Source of the DNA: the human T2T-CHM13v2.0 reference genome, Homo sapiens
Assembly: GCF_009914755.1 (NCBI RefSeq)
Contig: NC_060936.1
Direction: 5' to 3' (one strand)
DNA length: 64,000 bases
The notes below the pieces were generated by a model that worked only from the letters and a program-made list of their open reading frames with translations, searched no databases and was not told the origin of the DNA. Shown here piece after piece: positions 1-12,508 of the stretch (positions are counted from its first letter, which is position 1; every line of letters begins with the position of its first letter). A program made the position numbers and the translations under genes.

Positions 1-981
1 AATTTATGATCATTCATCTCAGGGGGCCTTTATGCTACCCAGCAATCCTACTATATCTTTCTAGTTCACTATGTCATTTTCTCGAGAAATATGTCATCCT
101 TTTTTCTCTTAAAAATCAAACTTTCTTGAACAACCGCTTCTTTTTGTTCATCTGCTAAGAAAAAGAAGCCATCAGAAGAGAAATTCCACAGGCTCCGATC
201 TCCATCTATTCCCAAACACCTCATACCTGCACCGGTGCCTCAAGATCCTGCCTTCCATCAGTTAACTATAGATGATATGTACTTTGCTCCTAAGACCATC
301 CCCTCCTTTTGGGTACTAGATCTCATCTTCTTTCTTCTACTCAAAGTCATCACTCTTGCAATTCTACCTTCTATATCTTACATTTTCTTTAAACTCTTAC
401 TAGTTGTTTACTGGGGTTGAATGTATTGGGGAAGATGTGGGCAACAAAAGAAAGACTGACCATTTGGAAACCAAGAGTGATAATAAAATAGAACTTCCAT
501 CTTCCTACAAGTCTATTAGAGATTTCAAATCCTCCATTGCTGTTAGTTTTGACTAAAAATCAAAATCCTCTTTTATCAAACAGAGAGTGGCAACTGTGGA
601 AGAATGAAGAGAAATACTAATGCTGGCGCTAGTCTTGGTCATCTCATACCCAGGGTCTTTACCTAGGCAAGATACTTGCATATAGAAGGACTTTTATTCA
701 GATTCAGAGCTTAAAATAATTCTATGTAATTCTCCAATATTCAAGCACTGGTTCACAACCACAAGATTTTTTTAAAAATCTGCAACAGGTCTAGCTTTGG
801 GGTAGGAATGATCTCCAACAATCTTAATAACAACTCTCCCCACTTTCAGCTAAAACTACCAACCAGAAGGAAAACACAGAGGTTATAGTGTTCCATAGAA
901 AATTTAGCAAAGCTAGACAGACAATGCTTCTTGCCAAATTCTGGCTGAAAGTATTAATGGGATAATGTAAACATTTATTAC

Positions 982-1074
982 CTGGCCAAGATGCACTGTC
1001 TGGTGAAGGTGTGGGTGGTGGCAATTGTTGTTTTAAGGTTTTGCATTTATTATTTGTCTGAAGTGAAGCAGGAC
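982..1074 (-). CDS. OVCH1: OVCH1 exon 21 (Pro-rich linker PASLQTNNKCKTLKQQLPPPTPSPDSASWP); gene continues beyond the window
   Basis: CAG acceptor, GTAAT donor; 93 nt, symmetric phase 1. Confidence 0.9.
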
Positions 1075-1389
1075 CTGTATTTGGGGAGAACATGTTAAAA
1101 ATAAAGATGAAAGCCTGAGAACAAAATATAGTGGGCACCAAAGCAGCCACTATCAAAAGAAACAAAAAAGAAACAAATCCAGGATTAAAGCAGCCTAAGG
1201 AAAAGTCAGTTTAACTCTACACATGGGAGAACTTATTTTGCAGAATCTTGCATTTTAGTGTGTTTAGTAACTAAATGAAATTCTACTCTATGGTTTTCTC
1301 TTTCATGCTAATTTATACCACACTCACTGTTCCCAAACCCACTCTAAAGAAAGAGGTTATTGTTTTAATAACATTTGAAAACAATTTAC

Positions 1390-1546
1390 CATTGATTTTT
1401 GATTGGATCCAGTCCAAGAAGATCATCACTCTGGCAAATACACCCGGCTTCCATGGCTGGACACAGCCAGCTCCCCAGCTGACAATGCCATAGAGGACAA
1501 AGGGACCATTTTCATGTCTACATACTAGTGGCCCACCAGAGTCTCC
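1390..1546 (-). CDS. OVCH1: OVCH1 exon 20 (GDSGGPLVC...GIVSWGAGC...PGVFARV...WIQSKIN)
   Basis: Catalytic Ser in GDSGGP, plus SWG and PGVF motifs; CAG acceptor, GTAAA donor; 157 nt. Confidence 0.96.
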
Positions 1547-3372
1547 CTGAAACACCAAGAAAACATGTATTAGAAAACTGCTTTAATCTGAAGCTCCTGC
1601 TTTCAGTTTTTAGAACAAGAATGACCAATAATGTATTTGTAATGTGTTTAATTCCTTAAAGATTTGTTTTGTCAATTTCCATCTTTACATACTATCTATT
1701 CACTGTTTTGCAAAAGGAAACAAAATTTATGAACAATCAGATGGTAATTTGATTCCAGGGTGAAGATAAAGCTTAGTTCACATAAAAAGAAAACAATTAC
1801 ATTACTAAATCTTCCCAGCCCCATCGGAGGGAGATAGTCTTTAAATTATATCAATTAGTAAAACTGTAATATTTAAGATTTCAAGCATCTTTTTAAAACA
1901 AAAATTTAATCAGAAAACTGCACAGTGGCTCAGATGGATCCATCACAAGAAATGTGCTGCCTGTTTTTTTCTTTTTTTAAATTTTTTTAAGGAAATCGGG
2001 TTAGGGTCATTGGGTGGTAACCTCTATATGTAGTGTTTTCCCTATCACTGGTCACTCTTGACACAATCTAATCAGATCAAAGAGTAGAGTTATGACATAC
2101 ACAGAGAAATTAGGGTGTTGGTGGTGAGGTGAAGAAAAGTTAAAGGCTGACTTAAATCTATTAAAATGTATTCATTCTAATTCTAGTATTCCAATTTTAT
2201 TTTGGCTTACCTGCAGATACCAAAGTTGCACAATTTCAAAGACTTTAAGGGCCAAACTAATTTAACTTACTAGGATATTAGATGTGAAAAGTTACAATTA
2301 GAGAAATAAGTGACCTGTCCCATTTCACACACATAGGTAGTAGCAGCAGTAAAATCTGAGTCCATGTCACCTGCCAAAGTTCAGTGCTCTTTCCCTTCCA
2401 CCAAACTGATAAATGTTCATTAATGGAACTACCTTAAACTGCTCTAGTATCTGGCTTACATAATTATTGAATTCAAGGAAAGACACATGGAAATTTAACT
2501 TATAGTTAATTTTTTGTACTCTCTTAGATATGGCTAATTTGGTCATGATGAAACACATTTCAAAAGGCAAAAATACTACCCACAAGCACTAAGAAGCTCT
2601 CGTAGATGGAAGCGTCTCTCTTGAATATTTCTCTCAATATTTGCATTGTTTAAATTGACAAATTATAAGCAGAAAGAGATTTTGAAGAAAACAAACAGTG
2701 GTATTGTTATTAAGGGAACCAAAATATGTACATCACACACATTTATCTATTAATTAGCACTAACATCTTCTACATGTCTCTTGAGGTTCAATGTGAAAAT
2801 CAATGGCAGCACCAAATACATGCCCTTGTTTATGTCTGTATTTACAACATGTGCCCCATTTGAGGGTAAGCACTGCATCTGATTCAACTTTGTACCCTAG
2901 GAAACCTACCACAATATCCAGCACTAACACATGCTAAATAAATGTTTGCCTAATTTACGGTGAAATTTTATAAACCAGTTGTATCAAACCAAGCCTTAAT
3001 ACATAGGATTTTCATCGTTTTAGGTTAGGCTTTCCAATTTTTAATCAGGTCTTTTGCAGGAAGTGGATGAACACAAATGTATTTAGGACCAAACTAAGTC
3101 CTTTATTTGTCTTCTTGTAAGATAAATTGTGTACATATTTGATAGCACATAAATTGCTGGTACATATTTGAAATATCTACTTTATATAAAGAATTTAACA
3201 GAAGAAACCTTAAGTAGGGAAAAAAGAGATACAGTTGCTAGTCTGTAATGTAGAACAATTAACCTTTCCTCTGGGCCTAATTTTTTCACATAACAATTAT
3301 ACTTAAAACCCTCTTCCAGTTGTTTCCAGTTGGACAATGGTCTGATGTATCCAGTCAAGTGTTTTATTTTAA

Positions 3373-3838
<466 letters not shown>

Positions 3839-4236
3839 ACAAATGAATATTTTTTATTAAAAAATTATTCAATGCCTACTGTGAGCCAGACATACCGAGT
3901 AAGACAGAGTATAAACAAATAAGATGCTAATAGTAGCTATAAAGGAAATACTCAGAGTGAATAGTAAAGAATAAAGGTAGTTATATGTTTGCTTACATGT
4001 GCATGTATGTGTATACAGTTTCAATAACATTTGAGCTGATGCATAAAGGATGAGAAGGAGCCAGCTTTCCAAAAACCTGGAGGAACAACATTTTATGCAA
4101 AAGATATATCTGGGCTTAGGCTCTAAGGCAAGATATGGTCAGTTGGAAGGCTAGAAGGCAAATCAATGTGGCTGAGGACATATATTATTCTGTGAAGATA
4201 GAGATCTATGACTTTGTAGATGAAAAGAAGTTAGAA

Positions 4237-5918
4237 AAAATACCAATGACATTTTTCACAGAAATAGAAAAATAATCATAAAATGTATATGGAACCACAA
4301 AAGACTCAGAACAGCCAAGCAATCCTGAGCAAAAAGAACAGAATTGGAATGATCACATTACCTGACTTCGAATTATATTACAAAGCTATAGTAACCAAAA
4401 CAGCACAGTACTGGCATAAAAACAGACTCATAGAACAATGGAACAGAATAGAAAACCCAGAAAAAAAATCCATACATCTACATTGAACTCATTTTTGACA
4501 AAGGTGCAAAAAAAAAAATACATTGGGGAAAGGACAGTCACTTTGATAAATGGTGCTGGGAAAATTGGATGTCCTTATACAGAAGAATGAAAGTAGTTCC
4601 CTATTCCTCACCATTTGCAAAAGTCAAATCAAAATGGATTAAAGACTCAAATCTAAGACCTCAAACTATAAAATTAATAAAAAACAACATTGAGGAAACT
4701 TTCCAGGATTCTGGACTCGACAAAGATTTCTTTAGTAATACCCCACAAGCACAGGTAACCAAAGCAAAAATGGACACATAAGATCATATCATGTTAAAAA
4801 TCTTCTGCACTGCAAAGGAAACAAAGCCAAGAGACAACTCACAGAATGGGAAAAATTTCTGCAAACTACCCATCTGATGTGAGATTAATAACCAGAATAT
4901 TTAAGGAGCTCAAATAACTCTATAGAAAAAATCTAATAATCTGATTTTAAAAATGGACAAAAGATCTGAATAGATATTTCTCAAAAGAAGACATACAAAT
5001 GGCAAACAGGTATATGAAAAGGTGCTCAACATCATTGATCAGAGAAATGCAAATCAAAACTACAATGAGATATCATCTCACCCTAGTTAAAATGGCTTTT
5101 ATCCAAAAGACAGGCAATAACAAATGCTTATAGGGAGGTGGAGAAAAAGGGAACCCATGTACATTATTGATGAGAATATCAATTAGTACAACCACTATAC
5201 AGAATAGTGTGGACATTCCTCAAAAAAATAATACAAATACCATTGATCTAGCAATCCCACTCCTAGGTATATATCCAAAAGAAAGGAAATCAAGATATTG
5301 AAAAGTTATCTGCACTCCCATGTCTATTGCAACACTATTCACAATGACCAAGATTTGGAAGCAGCCTAAGTATCCATCAACAGATGAATGGATAAAGAAA
5401 ATGTGGTTCATATACACAATGGAGTACTACTCAGCCATACAAAAGACTGAGATCCTACCATTTGCAACAATGTGTATGGAGCTGGAGGTCATTATGTGAA
5501 GTTAAATAAGCCAGGCACAGAAAGACAAACTTCACCTGTTCTCATTTATTTGTAGGAGCTAAAAATCAAAACAACATAACTCATGGGGATAGAGTATAGA
5601 AGGATGATTACCAGAGGCTGGGAAGTATAGTGGGTGAGTATAGGGGAAGTGGGAATAATTAATGGGTACAAAAAAATAGAATGAAAAAAATAGTATTTGA
5701 TAGCACAACAGGGTAACTACAGTCAATAATAATTTAATTCTGCATTTAAAAATCACTAAAATGATATGATTGGATTGTTTGTAACACAAATTATAAATGC
5801 TTGAAGTGATGGATACCCAATTTACCCTGATGTGATTATTCCTTGTATCCCTGTATCGAAATCTCATGTCCCCCATAAATATATATGCCTACTATATACC
5901 CACAAAATTAAAAATTAA
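4237..5918 (+). mobile_element. 5'-truncated L1 (older, L1MA-like): ORF2 3' part plus 3'UTR
   Basis: Decayed ORF2 peptides (ITLPDF.LYYKA.VTKTA.YWHKNR); TSD aaaagaa[g/c]ttagaa at 4223-4236 and 5919-5932. Confidence 0.92.
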
Positions 5919-6550
5919 AAAAGAACTTAGAATAAAAAATCTGAAAGCCAGTTAGCAAAGAATAACAGGATACTACGTTGCGTATCTGAAAACCCCATGT
6001 CTCTGCATTCCAATATTATTATTCCCACCTTCCTGGATGAGAAAGCACATTATCAGGTCTATTACCTCTAAGTATACACAGGAGAATAAAAATCAATTAC
6101 CTGATAGAAGTATTAGAGACTATTTTATCAAAGCAAGTTTCTAAAGTCACCCTTCTAGTAACTCAGTGTTCTTTGTAATAGAAAGCTAGCCATATTTATT
6201 AAAATCTCAACTTCCAGTTTTCCTCCCATATATGGGCAGTACATTTGGTCATGCTGCAGCCAAAGTGACAGTTGTATATAACTGAAAAGATAAGTGCCAA
6301 CTGAGATCATGATATTTAGGTCACCTGTGACATGGATCTTTCTAAGACCCTCTCTAGTTCTTTTCTTTCCGCACAAAATAAGCTCACCTTGTAATGTTAG
6401 ATGCTGTCAAATATGTAAAAGACAACATAATTAGTTGTGATTTTCTTGTTGAAGAAAGAAAAGCCATCCCTCAAATCCTACAATAGACTGAGGGGAAGAA
6501 TGAACACATTAATTCAGAGTACTTTTGTGATTTTTATCAGATAACATTTA

Positions 6551-7004
6551 TGTACTCTAGCAGACAGCAGGAGTGCACTTTCCGTATTCCTCACATCTTC
6601 CAGCCCATGTCCTGGCTCTGTGCCTGGGGTCTTCCCCACTCTCCACTACACCCAGGAGGCAACCCTGAAGTATGGGAAATGCTGAGGGATTAACAGCCAT
6701 TTCCCACAGCAGCCCTCAAACTATGGCTCAAGGGAAAGTAGTACATAAATATCCCAGCTCCCTCGCTCCTCAGATGGATAAATTCACCACGTGTATTTAG
6801 CATCACTGCCCTGAGTTTCCTGCAGGATTAAGCATTAGGCCCTCACTATGGCAGATGGCTTAATAATGCATCCTAGATTGGCTGCCTTCCCTTCCCTGTA
6901 CCATCTCCTCCCTTTCCTACTGGTGATATCTATGATTCCTAAAACAGACCATTGTACCAGAATCCTTATCTCAGGGTCTGCTTCTGGGGAATGCAAATAA
7001 AGAT
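6551..7004 (+). mobile_element. Old ERVL-type solo LTR (LTR16-like)
   Basis: 3' end aatccttatctcagggtctgcttctgggga resembles the LTR16 family (recalled). Confidence 0.5.
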
Positions 7005-7986
7005 ATGCAAAATTCAAACAGAATTTAAGCAAGGCTTGACATTATAAAAGGAAGGCGTTAATGACAATAAACTTATATTCAGTGTTAAAGGGGACTTCAT
7101 TGCCTCTCTCATATTTTCACATGGAAGGACGTCCACCTAGATTAATGCCCAGTTGTGTCTCCCTCATGGAGGTGAAATCTATTGCTGCATGTTTCTTGAC
7201 TGAGTGGTGGGGAAAACTATCAAAGAGCTGCAGAAACAAGATTCATTCTTTCTTTCCTCTCTACACCAGACCAGCAGGAGTGATAAGTCTGGAGAATTTG
7301 GGCTCCCCTATGGACCCAAACTTTCCCTTACTTGGGTAGCCCCACATCCAAACCAGGGATTGGAGGTAGGCACACGGAGTGTTAGGAAGTCTTAGGTTGT
7401 ATGTATATCTAAAGTCACATTCTTCCATTGACTTTGTGAAGGTTAAAGCTGGCATTCTACAATCTGTTTATTCATATTCTGTCTTTTTCTTGGTTAATTA
7501 TGATCTTGCCAATATCAAGCTTGTACAATAGACATCTTTGTGATTATTTTAACTTGTGGAAAATTAAGTGAGAGTACAGAGATTAATGATAATTTAAAAC
7601 AATAAAACTTTTAAGTCATAAGTAGGACACATAAGTTTAGAACCTTTCTTTGTTATTCCTTTTCCCAAAGCCTTATTTGTACCTGAACACATCTTCCCTT
7701 GCTCAGGCCTGCTTAGAAGCTCTGCCATTTCCTGCCTTCTCACCAGCTCCTCTATGAACCCACCGGCCTTTGTCGCTGTACAGCTGCTTCCGGCCACTCT
7801 CTGACATCTCAGCAAATTCGGATTAATTAACTTATTACTTCTGTTGCCCCACTGGTCTTCATGCAGGGATATGATATTGAAGCACGTGACAAGTTGGTGA
7901 TTTCAGCAGTGGTTTCTCCTGTCTATAGAAACTCTTCAGCAGATGGCAATTTTCCACCTTCCTGTATAAAACCAGAATCCTCTCAC

Positions 7987-8141
7987 CTGGCAGAAATCTT
8001 TCTCTCCAGATGCTGCAAAGCCAGCACAGATCATCTTCTCTGTGATCCCTCCTGGATGGGCAGAATAGTAAGTGTGTTCACAGACCTCTCTTTCTAACAC
8101 ATGCACTTGAATCTGCTGTAGGCGACTTGCTAGGCCACCAT
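7987..8141 (-). CDS. OVCH1: OVCH1 exon 19 (DGGLASRLQQ...MICAGFAASGEKDFCQ)
   Basis: MICAG and DFCQ motifs; TAG acceptor, GTGAG donor; 155 nt. Confidence 0.96.
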
Positions 8142-10106
8142 CTAATGAAGAAACATTCAGAGAGAGCTCGATGATGAAGTAAGCAGAAAGTGTTGTTAGA
8201 AATGTATTTAAGTTCAGATGTAGCTCTGTACCAACATAGCTGAAGTCATTCAGTTTGGCCTGAGCTGATGTAGAATTCTGAATTTAAAAAATACAAGTGT
8301 TTCATGTAACATGTCTTCATTTCCCAATTTGGCATTTTTGTAAAGAGAGGACACTGGCAGGAGAATAAAACCAGAAACACTTTTTTTCTAGCTTATTTTC
8401 AATTTAAATGTTAGTGTATCATATATTTCTGCATAAGAATTCAGGAAGAAAAATTCAGCATGATATGAATTGGTGTCACATATAACTTATACAATTATAA
8501 ATATATATGGTTATATATTTATATACATAAATATATAATTGCTTACAAATAATATTCTTATATGATTTCCTAATATAAACAAAAATCATAATCCTGTTTT
8601 TCATCTACTGTCATTGAAGCCTAATCGCATCTCCAATTAAAGATAACACTGAATAATTTATTTTCATATTTGATCCTTAGGCAGGCCTGTGTTAACATGT
8701 ATTTTGCATGACTCATCCTATCATTTTAGATTTATGACCAATTTTTTTAAGTTTAATATTTTATAGCCCTATGCCTTTTGGGGCAATATTAATAACAAGT
8801 ACTTTACATTTATATAGTATCTTAATATTTGTAAAGAGTTTTATTCCAACCTAATAATACAACAACATTTTTCATATGTGAGATCAGGTTAATCACACTG
8901 ATCTCACATATGAAAAAGCCAGACCTCTGAAAATTTGATCTCACAGCTCTTACGGGACAGAACTAGGATCAAGCCTAAGTTCAACTCTAAATCTTGCATT
9001 CTTCTTAATATACTAAAACTCCTCTTCTTGGGGACCATCTCCCTTAGTGTTACTGACCATATCCCAGAAATCAAGATTCATTTCCTCTCCTAGCTGGAAA
9101 GAATGAATTCGTCTTTTATAAGACTACCTCTCAGTTGCCTGGTAGTCATGGAATTGGTAAAAGTCAAAGGTATTAGAGAGCAGGCACATTTATTCAAGGG
9201 CTTTGAAGCTGGTAAGCCAAGAAATATTTACTGAATGCCATGTATGCTTCTAGCCTTGGGGAGAGAGGAGTCAAGACAGATCTGCCTCCAAGAGGTTCTC
9301 AGTCTAGTGGGTTAGATGTAGAAGATGACTGCATAAAATCATGCCAACTACATTAACATGCAGTGAGAGGATAAAACCAGGTAGTGCGGAATGTGATGGG
9401 AGGCCCGTCCTGCTGCAGCAATGTGGGCCACGAAAGGAAGTGATATTTTGGTTGAAAATGCAATAATGAGCAGGCAGCTGTGACAAGATTGTAATAAGAG
9501 TGTTCCAAGTAGGAGGACACAAAATGGGGAACTTCAGAAAGCAGAGCAAGCTTGGTGTTTAAGAGAAAGAAGAAAGGCCACGGTATCTGAAGGTTAACCA
9601 CAAGAAAAATAGAGGGAAATTATGTGGAAGAGGTTAAGTGGGGAGGCCCAATCACACAGAGCTTTCCAAGCTAGGCTAAGAAGTTCAGATTTGATTGTAT
9701 GTGTAATGAGAAGCCATTAAGATTATAAGCTGAGCCACACTGATCTTAAATCCTCAATTTGATATTTATTAGTTATGGGATCTCAGCAAGTTACTTAAAT
9801 CTTTGGGTTACAACCTCTCCATTTGTAAAATGGGGATGATAAAAGCTCCTCATGTGTTGGGTGTGAAGATTTTTACGAAAGTGCAATTTGGCTTCAGGTA
9901 GCACAGTAAGCTGTCAATATCAACACTGTAAGCAGTCAAATATAAATTCCCTCCTCCTTCAAGCTCACAGATTCCAAATAAATGACATATAGAAAGGAAA
10001 TATACAAAGAAAATGATCTTGTATGGTATAAGAAGCACAAAACAAATATCAACCCATTCAGATCTTTCACTGTTTTACTAAGCCTTTAAGAGTTCTATAC
10101 CATAGC

Positions 10107-10428
10107 CAGGGGTGAGCACATGACAGCCAGTGGATAAATTCTGTGCCACCCCCAAACACGGGCACAATCCATTAAATAAGAATGGTTTGTACATTTTTAG
10201 GTGGTTGAAGAAAATCCAAAGAATGATATTTCATGACACGTGCACATTAAATGAAATTTAAATTTTATAAATTAAGTTCTGTTGGAACCCATTCTGTTAC
10301 ATAATGCCAATGGCTGCTTTATGCTATAACAGTAGACTTAAATAGTTGTGATAGAGACCAGATGACCTGCAAAGCCTAAAAGGATTATTATCTGGCCCAT
10401 TACAGTAAAGGTTTGTTGACTGCTCATC
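10107..10428 (+). mobile_element. hAT-Charlie MITE (MER58-like)
   Basis: caggggtga... start and tatctggcccattacag...gtttgttgac end. Confidence 0.65.
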
Positions 10429-10639
10429 TAGCCTACTTATAATCTAAGTTACCCTGAAGGAAAAGTTTTAAATAGCTCATTCTCTATTTACTTGCTGATC
10501 TGTTACAGCTAAATAAAACATGGTTTCTATCTTTTAGAAAGAAGAGGGGCTGAAGCGGATGCTGCTTGATATCATTTACATGACCTATTTTCAAAAATAA
10601 CAACTGGCATTAATGTTTATGCAACAAAAATATGCTTAC

Positions 10640-10835
10640 CTGCACTGATGCTTCCCCATCCGGTCACAGCACAGATCTCCGAGGAAAATAGAGGCTCTGC
10701 GCTGTGTGGGAGACATACTGGCCTCACCACCGAGTTGTACTCCAGAGGAAAGCTTAGTTGTATTAGGGCAATGTCAGAGTCATAACTTAGTGTGTTAAAG
10801 TCTTCATGCACTATTATGTGTTTGGCCCTTCTCAC
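10640..10835 (-). CDS. OVCH1: OVCH1 exon 18 (VRRAKHIIVHEDF...DSDIALIQL...PVCLP...TGWGSISA)
   Basis: Catalytic Asp (DIAL), PVCLP and GWG motifs; CAG acceptor, GTAAG donor; 196 nt. Confidence 0.96.
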
Positions 10836-11279
10836 CTGTATCGGTGGCAAGTAAGCAAATTACAACGTAAGAAAGTCAAAGAATCCAGCAACTTCCTTGT
10901 TGATGGTCCAAAATAATCCTAAATTTCTGCACTTATATACATAAACAATGCAGAAGACTTTCTATTAAATTTAAAAGAGCAATATTGGTTTACAATTTGC
11001 AGGGGGCTATGAACCACCTTCTGGATAAAGGTGGTGCTGGAGAAATAAAGCTTTGAAAACCTGTGTCCATGGGCCTAAATTTGCAATTCTGACCTACTTC
11101 CTGCAATTCTCAAGTGAAAATGTAATCTCAAATTGCATTTTTAAATGTGGGTATAAATAATAAGTGTGAAAGGGCCCTAGGAGATTAATAACTAATTACA
11201 TATTTTAGCTAAAGGTATTCCTTGGCCTGTGACAACATTTAGATTACAGGCAGAATGACCTGTAAAAACATTTTTTCAC

Positions 11280-11352
11280 CTGCTCTGTTGATTCCTTCAG
11301 GTTTCTGTCATGGTCCCCAGCAATAATAGTCCAGGAGAGTGGATTATTCTTC
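11280..11352 (-). CDS. OVCH1: OVCH1 exon 17 (KNNPLSWTIIAGDHDRNLKESTEQ)
   Basis: G.HD...E.TEQ motif; CAG acceptor, GTGAA donor; 73 nt, phase 2 to 0. Confidence 0.94.
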
Positions 11353-11396
11353 CTGGAGACAGAAGAACAGTGAAAGTTTGACATGAAAACACATTT

Positions 11397-11692
11397 GTAT
11401 TAGTTTGTTCTCACACTGCTATAAAGGACTCTGAGACTATAAAGTCTTTCTGAAGACGTTCTGAGGAAAAGAGGTTTATGAAGAAGAGGTTTAATTGACT
11501 TACAATTCTGCATGGCTGGGGAGGCCTCAGGAAACTTGCAATCATGGCTGAAGGCAAAGGGGAAGCAAGCACATCTTATCACAGCAAAGCAGAAGAGAGA
11601 GAGCAAAGGAAGCCACACACTTTTGAACCATCAGATCTTGCAAGAACTCACTATCAGGTGAACAGGTAGGGAGGGAAACCACCCTACCATCA
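11397..11692 (+). mobile_element. Partial MaLR LTR (MST-like)
   Basis: tgtattagtttgttctcacactgctataaag start; gcatggctggggaggcctcaggaaactt motif. Confidence 0.8.
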
Positions 11693-11964
11693 TCTGGCTC
11701 TACTAACATGCACTGCTCAGTTCAGCGAGGCAACAGTCCCCTGTCCCATTGCCTCTGCGATCTCCCTCCCAGGGAAGCCACATCATGCCTTCTGATCTAT
11801 GTGAAAAGGAGCTCTTGATCATGTATCCTGCCCCTTTCTTTTGACCATAAAGTATCATTGGAAACCTTGCCAAATATCACCAAAGGCTTTTTTTAGGTCG
11901 AGGAGGAAAAATGAAAATAATTAAAGCTTAATTTCACAGTGATGTTAAGAATATGTTTAAAAAA

Positions 11965-12508
11965 GACTTGGAACCAACCCAAACATCCATCAATGATAGA
12001 CTGGATTAAGAAAATGTGGCACACATACACCATGGAATACTACACAGCCATAAAAAAGGATGAGTTCATGTCCTTTGTAGGGACACGGATGAAGCTGGAA
12101 ACCATCATTCTCAGCAAACTATCGCAAGGGCAAAAAACCAGACACCGCATGTTCTCACTCGTAGGTGGGAATTGAATAATGAGAACACCTAGACACAGGA
12201 AGGGGAAGATCACACACCGGGGACTGTTGTGGGGTGGGGGGAGGGGGGAGGGATAGCATTAGGAGATATACCTAATGTAAATGATGAGTTAATGGGTGCA
12301 GCACACCAACATGGCACATGTATGCATATGTAACAAACCTGCACGTTGTGCACATGTACCCTAGAACTTAAAGTATAATAAAAAATATATACAAAAAAAT
12401 CATAAGGAAGAGAAAATACGTTTCTCTTAATACTGTATTTATCTCAGTACTGTATTTATCAATATCTTAAATTTGTTTAATAAATAATAAAAATCTTTGC
12501 AAGAAAAA
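11965..12508 (+). mobile_element. Primate L1PA 3' fragment plus 3'-transduced segment
   Basis: ORF2 C-terminus (WIKKMWH.YTMEYY), G-rich 3'UTR; TSD aagaatatgtttaaaaaa at 11947-11964 and 12509-12526. Confidence 0.93.

Noticed and set aside
555-662. Possible extra OVCH1 exon (ttgcctag|GT AAA GAC CCT...)
   Set aside because: The peptide has no CUB or protease similarity, runs into a stop, and has no convincing in-phase donor
824-1165. 113-aa ORF
   Set aside because: Only 982-1074 is exonic; the rest is intron read-through
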